Part shown: one piece after another, positions 57,027 to 64,000 of the stretch
Layout of the letters: each line of letters starts with the position of its first letter
Position numbering within the stretch: position 1 is the first letter of the stretch
Assembly (NCBI RefSeq): GCF_009914755.1
Contig: NC_060948.1
DNA: 64,000 bases
Source: the human T2T-CHM13v2.0 reference genome, Homo sapiens
Reading direction: 5' to 3' (one strand)
Notes under the pieces: model-generated
What the model saw: the letters and a program-made list of their open reading frames with translations, nothing else
Database searches by the model: none
What the model was told of the DNA's origin: nothing
Translations under genes and position numbers: made by a program

Positions 57027-59129
57027 AGATCCGTATTTTTTAAATGAAAAAAAATTTCAAAGGTACTCTGCTTGGTACAATAATCAAATGTATAAACTGA
57101 GGAATAAAACATAACCATGAAACCTACTTATAACTGCATATGGAAAATACAGAGGATAATTTTTTAAATAACATATTTTGAAAGCCTTAACTAGTAATTT
57201 GAAGAGTTGGCATTTGAAAGGCCAGTATGAATATACCTTCAAAGCAGCAACACAGGTTCCCCATGAGAAAAAGCAAACACAGGGAAAATAAAAACACAAA
57301 GGTTCAATCTCTTCTGACCTTTGAAAGACACAGCACAGACAGTGGTCCTTAGGACGAAGAGCAGGAGACCCCTAATTCCGTCACCATGGCGATAGGGCAT
57401 AAACATTGCTGGGTGAGGGCACAATCCACATTGTGAGGTCCAACTGCTGCCAGGAAGACAGGAGTGCTTTTACATAGACCGAAAGGTCATTGAAGGCTCA
57501 GAGTTTTGTTTCAAGAACTGAATCCCAAGCCCACACGTTATTAGGCTGCGCTTCTTAAAACAAGTTATGAGATGGGAAAAAGGGCACCCACAAACATACG
57601 TATACATTATGTATATAATAATATACAGTATCATATATATAATATATATAACCTATGTATAATATTGTTTTACATCCTGCATCTTATGTTATATATATTG
57701 TATAAAATATAATAATTGATAATATATAAGTTTTATAATTATACAATATGACATATAGTATATATTATAATTTATGACATATATAATATATGTTATATAT
57801 CATATATAGAATATATTATACGGTTAATATACGTATTAAATATAAATTATACATTATATATATTATATATAATATATCTGTTATATATAATACCCATTAT
57901 GCATAATATATATAATATGTCTATGTTATATATAGTATAAAACAACATATAATAATATATAATTGTATATATAAAATGCGACATAGAATATATATTATAT
58001 TTTATAACATATGTAATATATATTATATATTATATATAATACGTTGTATGTATAATACCTATATTAAATATATATTATATGACTATGTTATTAATTACAT
58101 GTCACATGTGTTATATATTATATATTTTACATAGAATATACCGGTTACATACAATATATACTATGTTACCTATAATGTATAATTTATTACATGTAAAATA
58201 AAGAATGCAATATATTATGTATAATTTATAATATACAATATGTGGAATGTGATATATGTAACATATAATATATGATATATGATATACAGTATATGATATA
58301 TAACATACAATATATGATTCCTAATATATATGGTATACAATATATATTTTATGATATGTATTCTATATGTTTTATATTCTGTTATATATAACTATTTGAA
58401 ATTATATATAACTGTATAATATTTTATGTAAATATGTAATGTAATATATAACTATATAATATATTATATATAACTATATATTATGTTATATATACTTTTA
58501 TAACATAATTTACATAAAATATCATAATATAATATATATTATATTATTTCATATTACATAATATATATTACATATCAACCAATATAACTAACATACATAA
58601 TATTATAATATAGATTATATTATGTTATATTAAATATCATATATATCATGTATCATATATTCTATAATATATATTACACATTATATAATATGTATGTTGT
58701 CTATTATGTGATATATATAACTATATATATAATTATATTTTTATACATATAACTAGATAAACATGTAATTCTACATATTTTCATTTATAATATGTAGAAT
58801 TATATAATCATATATAATTATTTATATTCTATAAAAAATTTTATCATTATATAAATTATAATATATAAAAATTATAATATGTACTACAAATATATATATT
58901 ATATATCATATATGATATAGTACCTTTGTTATATATCATAATACATATAAATGTGTATTATGTTATCTATAATTATATAATTTCATATATAAGGTGTATA
59001 ATATAGATCATATATTATATATGTTATGTAATATATATAGTATATATAAGATGACACAGGATAAATATTATATACTATGACATATAAAATATATGAGGTT
59101 ATATGTTACATATAAGGCATAGCACATAA

Positions 59130-59444
<315 letters not shown>

Positions 59445-61547
59445 AGATCCGTATTTTTTAAATGAAAAAAAATTTCAAAGGTACTCTGCTTGGTACAATA
59501 ATCAAATGTATAAACTGAGGAATAAAACATAACCATGAAACCTACTTATAACTGCATATGGAAAATACAGAGGATAATTTTTTAAATAACATATTTTGAA
59601 AGCCTTAACTAGTAATTTGAAGAGTTGGCATTTGAAAGGCCAGTATGAATATACCTTCAAAGCAGCAACACAGGTTCCCCATGAGAAAAAGCAAACACAG
59701 GGAAAATAAAAACACAAAGGTTCAATCTCTTCTGACCTTTGAAAGACACAGCACAGACAGTGGTCCTTAGGACGAAGAGCAGGAGACCCCTAATTCCGTC
59801 ACCATGGCGATAGGGCATAAACATTGCTGGGTGAGGGCACAATCCACATTGTGAGGTCCAACTGCTGCCAGGAAGACAGGAGTGCTTTTACATAGACCGA
59901 AAGGTCATTGAAGGCTCAGAGTTTTGTTTCAAGAACTGAATCCCAAGCCCACACGTTATTAGGCTGCGCTTCTTAAAACAAGTTATGAGATGGGAAAAAG
60001 GGCACCCACAAACATACGTATACATTATGTATATAATAATATACAGTATCATATATATAATATATATAACCTATGTATAATATTGTTTTACATCCTGCAT
60101 CTTATGTTATATATATTGTATAAAATATAATAATTGATAATATATAAGTTTTATAATTATACAATATGACATATAGTATATATTATAATTTATGACATAT
60201 ATAATATATGTTATATATCATATATAGAATATATTATACGGTTAATATACGTATTAAATATAAATTATACATTATATATATTATATATAATATATCTGTT
60301 ATATATAATACCCATTATGCATAATATATATATTATGTCTATGTTATATATAGTATAAAACAACATATAATAATATATAATTGTATATATAAAATGCGAC
60401 ATAGAATATATATTATATTTTATAACATATGTAATATATATTATATATTATATATAATACGTTGTATGTATAATACCTATATTAAATATATATTATATGA
60501 CTATGTTATTAATTACATGTCACATGTGTTATATATTATATATTTTACATAGAATATACCGGTTACATACAATATATACTATGTTACCTATAATGTATAA
60601 TTTATTACATGTAAAATAAAGAATGCAATATATTATGTATAATTTATAATATACAATATGTGGAATGTGATATATGTAACATATAATATATGATATATGA
60701 TATACAGTATATGATATATAACATACAATATATGATTCCTAATATATATGGTATACAATATATATTTTATGATATGAATTCTATATGTTTTATATTCTGT
60801 TATATATAACTATTTGAAATTATATATAACTGTATAATATTTTATGTAAATATGTAATGTAATATATAACTATATAATATATTATATATAACTATATATT
60901 ATGTTATATATACTTTTATAACATAATTTACATAAAATATCATAATATAATATATATTATATTATTTCATATTACATAATATATATTACATATCAACCAA
61001 TATAACTAACATACATAATATTATAATATAGATTATATTATGTTATATTAAATATCATATATATCATGTATCATATATTCTATAATATATATTACACATT
61101 ATATAATATGTATGTTGTCTATTATGTGATATATATAACTATATATATAATTATATTTTTATACATATAACTAGATAAACATGTAATTCTACATATTTTC
61201 ATTTATAATATGTAGAATTATATAATCATATATAATTATTTATATTCTATAAAAAATTTTATCATTATATAAATTATAATATATAAAAATTATAATATGT
61301 ACTACAAATATATATATTATATATCATATATGATATAGTACCTTTGTTATATATCATAATACATATAAATGTGTATTATGTTATCTATAATTATATAATT
61401 TCATATATAAGATGTATAATATGTATCATATATTATATATGTTATGTAATATATATGGTATATATAAGATGACACAGGATAAATATTATATACTATGACA
61501 TATAAAATATATGAGGTTATATGTTACATATAAGGCATAGCACATAA

Positions 61548-61862
<315 letters not shown>

Positions 61863-63990
61863 AGATCCGTATTTTTTAAATGAAAAAAAATTTCAAAGGT
61901 ACTCTGCTTGGTACAATAATCAAATGTATAAACTGAGGAATAAAACATAACCATGAAACCTACTTATAACTGCATATGGAAAATACAGAGGATAATTTTT
62001 TAAATAACATATTTTGAAAGCCTTAACTAGTAATTTGAAGAGTTGGCATTTGAAAGGCCAGTATGAATATACCTTCAAAGCAGCAACACAGGTTCCCCAT
62101 GAGAAAAAGCAAACACAGGGAAAATAAAAACACAAAGGTTCAATCTCTTCTGACCTTTGAAAGACACAGCACAGACAGTGGTCCTTAGGACGAAGAGCAG
62201 GAGACCCCTAATTCCGTCACCATGGTGATAGGGCATAAACATTGCTGGGTGAGGGCACAATCCACATTGTGAGGTCCAACTGCTGCCAGGAAGACAGGAG
62301 TGCTTTTACATAGACCGAAAGGTCATTGAAGGCTCAGAGTTTTGTTTCAAGAACTGAATCCCAAGCCCACACGTTATTAGGCTGCGCTTCTTAAAACAAG
62401 TTATGAGATGGGAAAAAGGGCACCCACAAACATACGTATACATTATGTATATAATAATATACAGTATCATATATATAATATATATAACCTATGTATAATA
62501 TTGTTTTACATCCTGCATCTTATGTTATATATATTGTATAAAATATAATAATTGATAATATATAAGTTTTATAATTATACAATATGACATATAGTATATA
62601 TTATAATTTATGACATATATAATATATGTTATATATCATATATAGAATATATTATATGGTTAATATACGTATTAACTATAAATTATACATTATATATATT
62701 ATATATAATATATCTGTTATATATAATACCCATTATGCATAATATATATATTATGTCTATGTTATATATGGTATAAAACAACATATAATAATATATAATT
62801 GTATATATAAAATGCGACATATAATATATATTATATTTTATAACATATGTAATATATATTATATATTATATATAATACGTTGTATGTATAATACCTATAT
62901 TAAATATATATTATATGACTATGTTATTAATTACATGTCACATGTGTTATATATTATATATTTTACATAGAATATACCGGTTACATACAATATATACTAT
63001 GTTACCTATAATGTATAATTGATTACATGTAAAATAAAGAATGAAATATATTATGTATGATTTATAATATACAATACGTGGAATGTGATATATATAACAT
63101 ATAATATATGATATATGATATACAGTATATGATATATAACATACAATATATGATTCCTAATATATATGGTATACAATATATATTTTATGATATGTATTCT
63201 ATATATTTTATATTCTGTTATATATAACTATTTGAAATTATATATAACTGTATAATATTTTATGTAAATATGTAATATAATATATATAACTGTATAATAT
63301 ATTCTATATAACTATATATTATGTTATATATACTTTTATAACATAATTTACATAAAATATCCTAATATAATATATATTATATTATTTCATATTACATAAT
63401 ATATATTACATATCACCCAATATAACTAACATACATAATATTATAATATAGATTATATTATGTTATATTAAATATGATATATATCATGTATCATATATTC
63501 TATAATATATATTACACATTATATAATATGTATGTTTTCTATTATGTGATATATATAACTATATATATAATTATATTTTTATACATATAACTAGATAAAC
63601 ATGTAATTCTACATATTTTCATTTATAATATGTAGAATTATATAATCATATATAATTATTTATATTCTATAAAAAATTTTATCATTATATAAATTATAAT
63701 ATATAAAAATTATAATATGTACTACAAATATATATATTATATATCATATATGATATAGTACCTTTGTTATATATCATAATACATATAAATGTGTATTATG
63801 TTATCTATAATTATATAATTTCATATATAAGATGTATAATATGTATCATATATTATATATGTTATGTAATATATATAGTATATATAAGATGACACAGGAT
63901 AAATATTATATACTATGACATATAAAATATATGAGGTTATATGTTACATATAAGGCATAGCACATAACATGTAATATATATCATATATAA

Positions 63991-64000
63991 TTTTTTTTTA
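63991..64000 (-). mobile_element. Poly-T tail of Alu copy 27 (truncated by window end)
   Basis: T9 plus 'a' exactly 2420 bp after the start of copy 26. Confidence 0.7.

Overview
The whole 64-kb window is one uninterrupted head-to-tail tandem array of about 26.5 copies of a ~2,420-bp unit. Each unit has three parts: a ~1.55-kb very AT-rich degenerate simple-repeat segment, a ~290-bp diverged minus-strand Alu lacking its first ~12 nt, and a ~570-bp moderately GC-rich segment (HSATI-type). This layout, the unit length and the predicted ~2.15-kb HaeIII fragment identify the human DYZ2 / HSat1B macrosatellite, most likely from Yq12 heterochromatin. I find no credible protein-coding gene, RNA gene, CRISPR array or new biological system, and the recurring ORFs only reflect the repeat. 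The informative signal is the array's evolutionary record. Shared variants show a ~5-unit (~12-kb) duplication with a nested 2-unit duplication, single-unit duplications, recombinant units, a 104-bp deletion, a locally hyper-divergent patch and paired +2/-2 indels. The Alu also carries a fixed 16-bp internal duplication, mixed subfamily diagnostics and a possible decayed target-site duplication. All comparisons were made by eye, so breakpoints are approximate.
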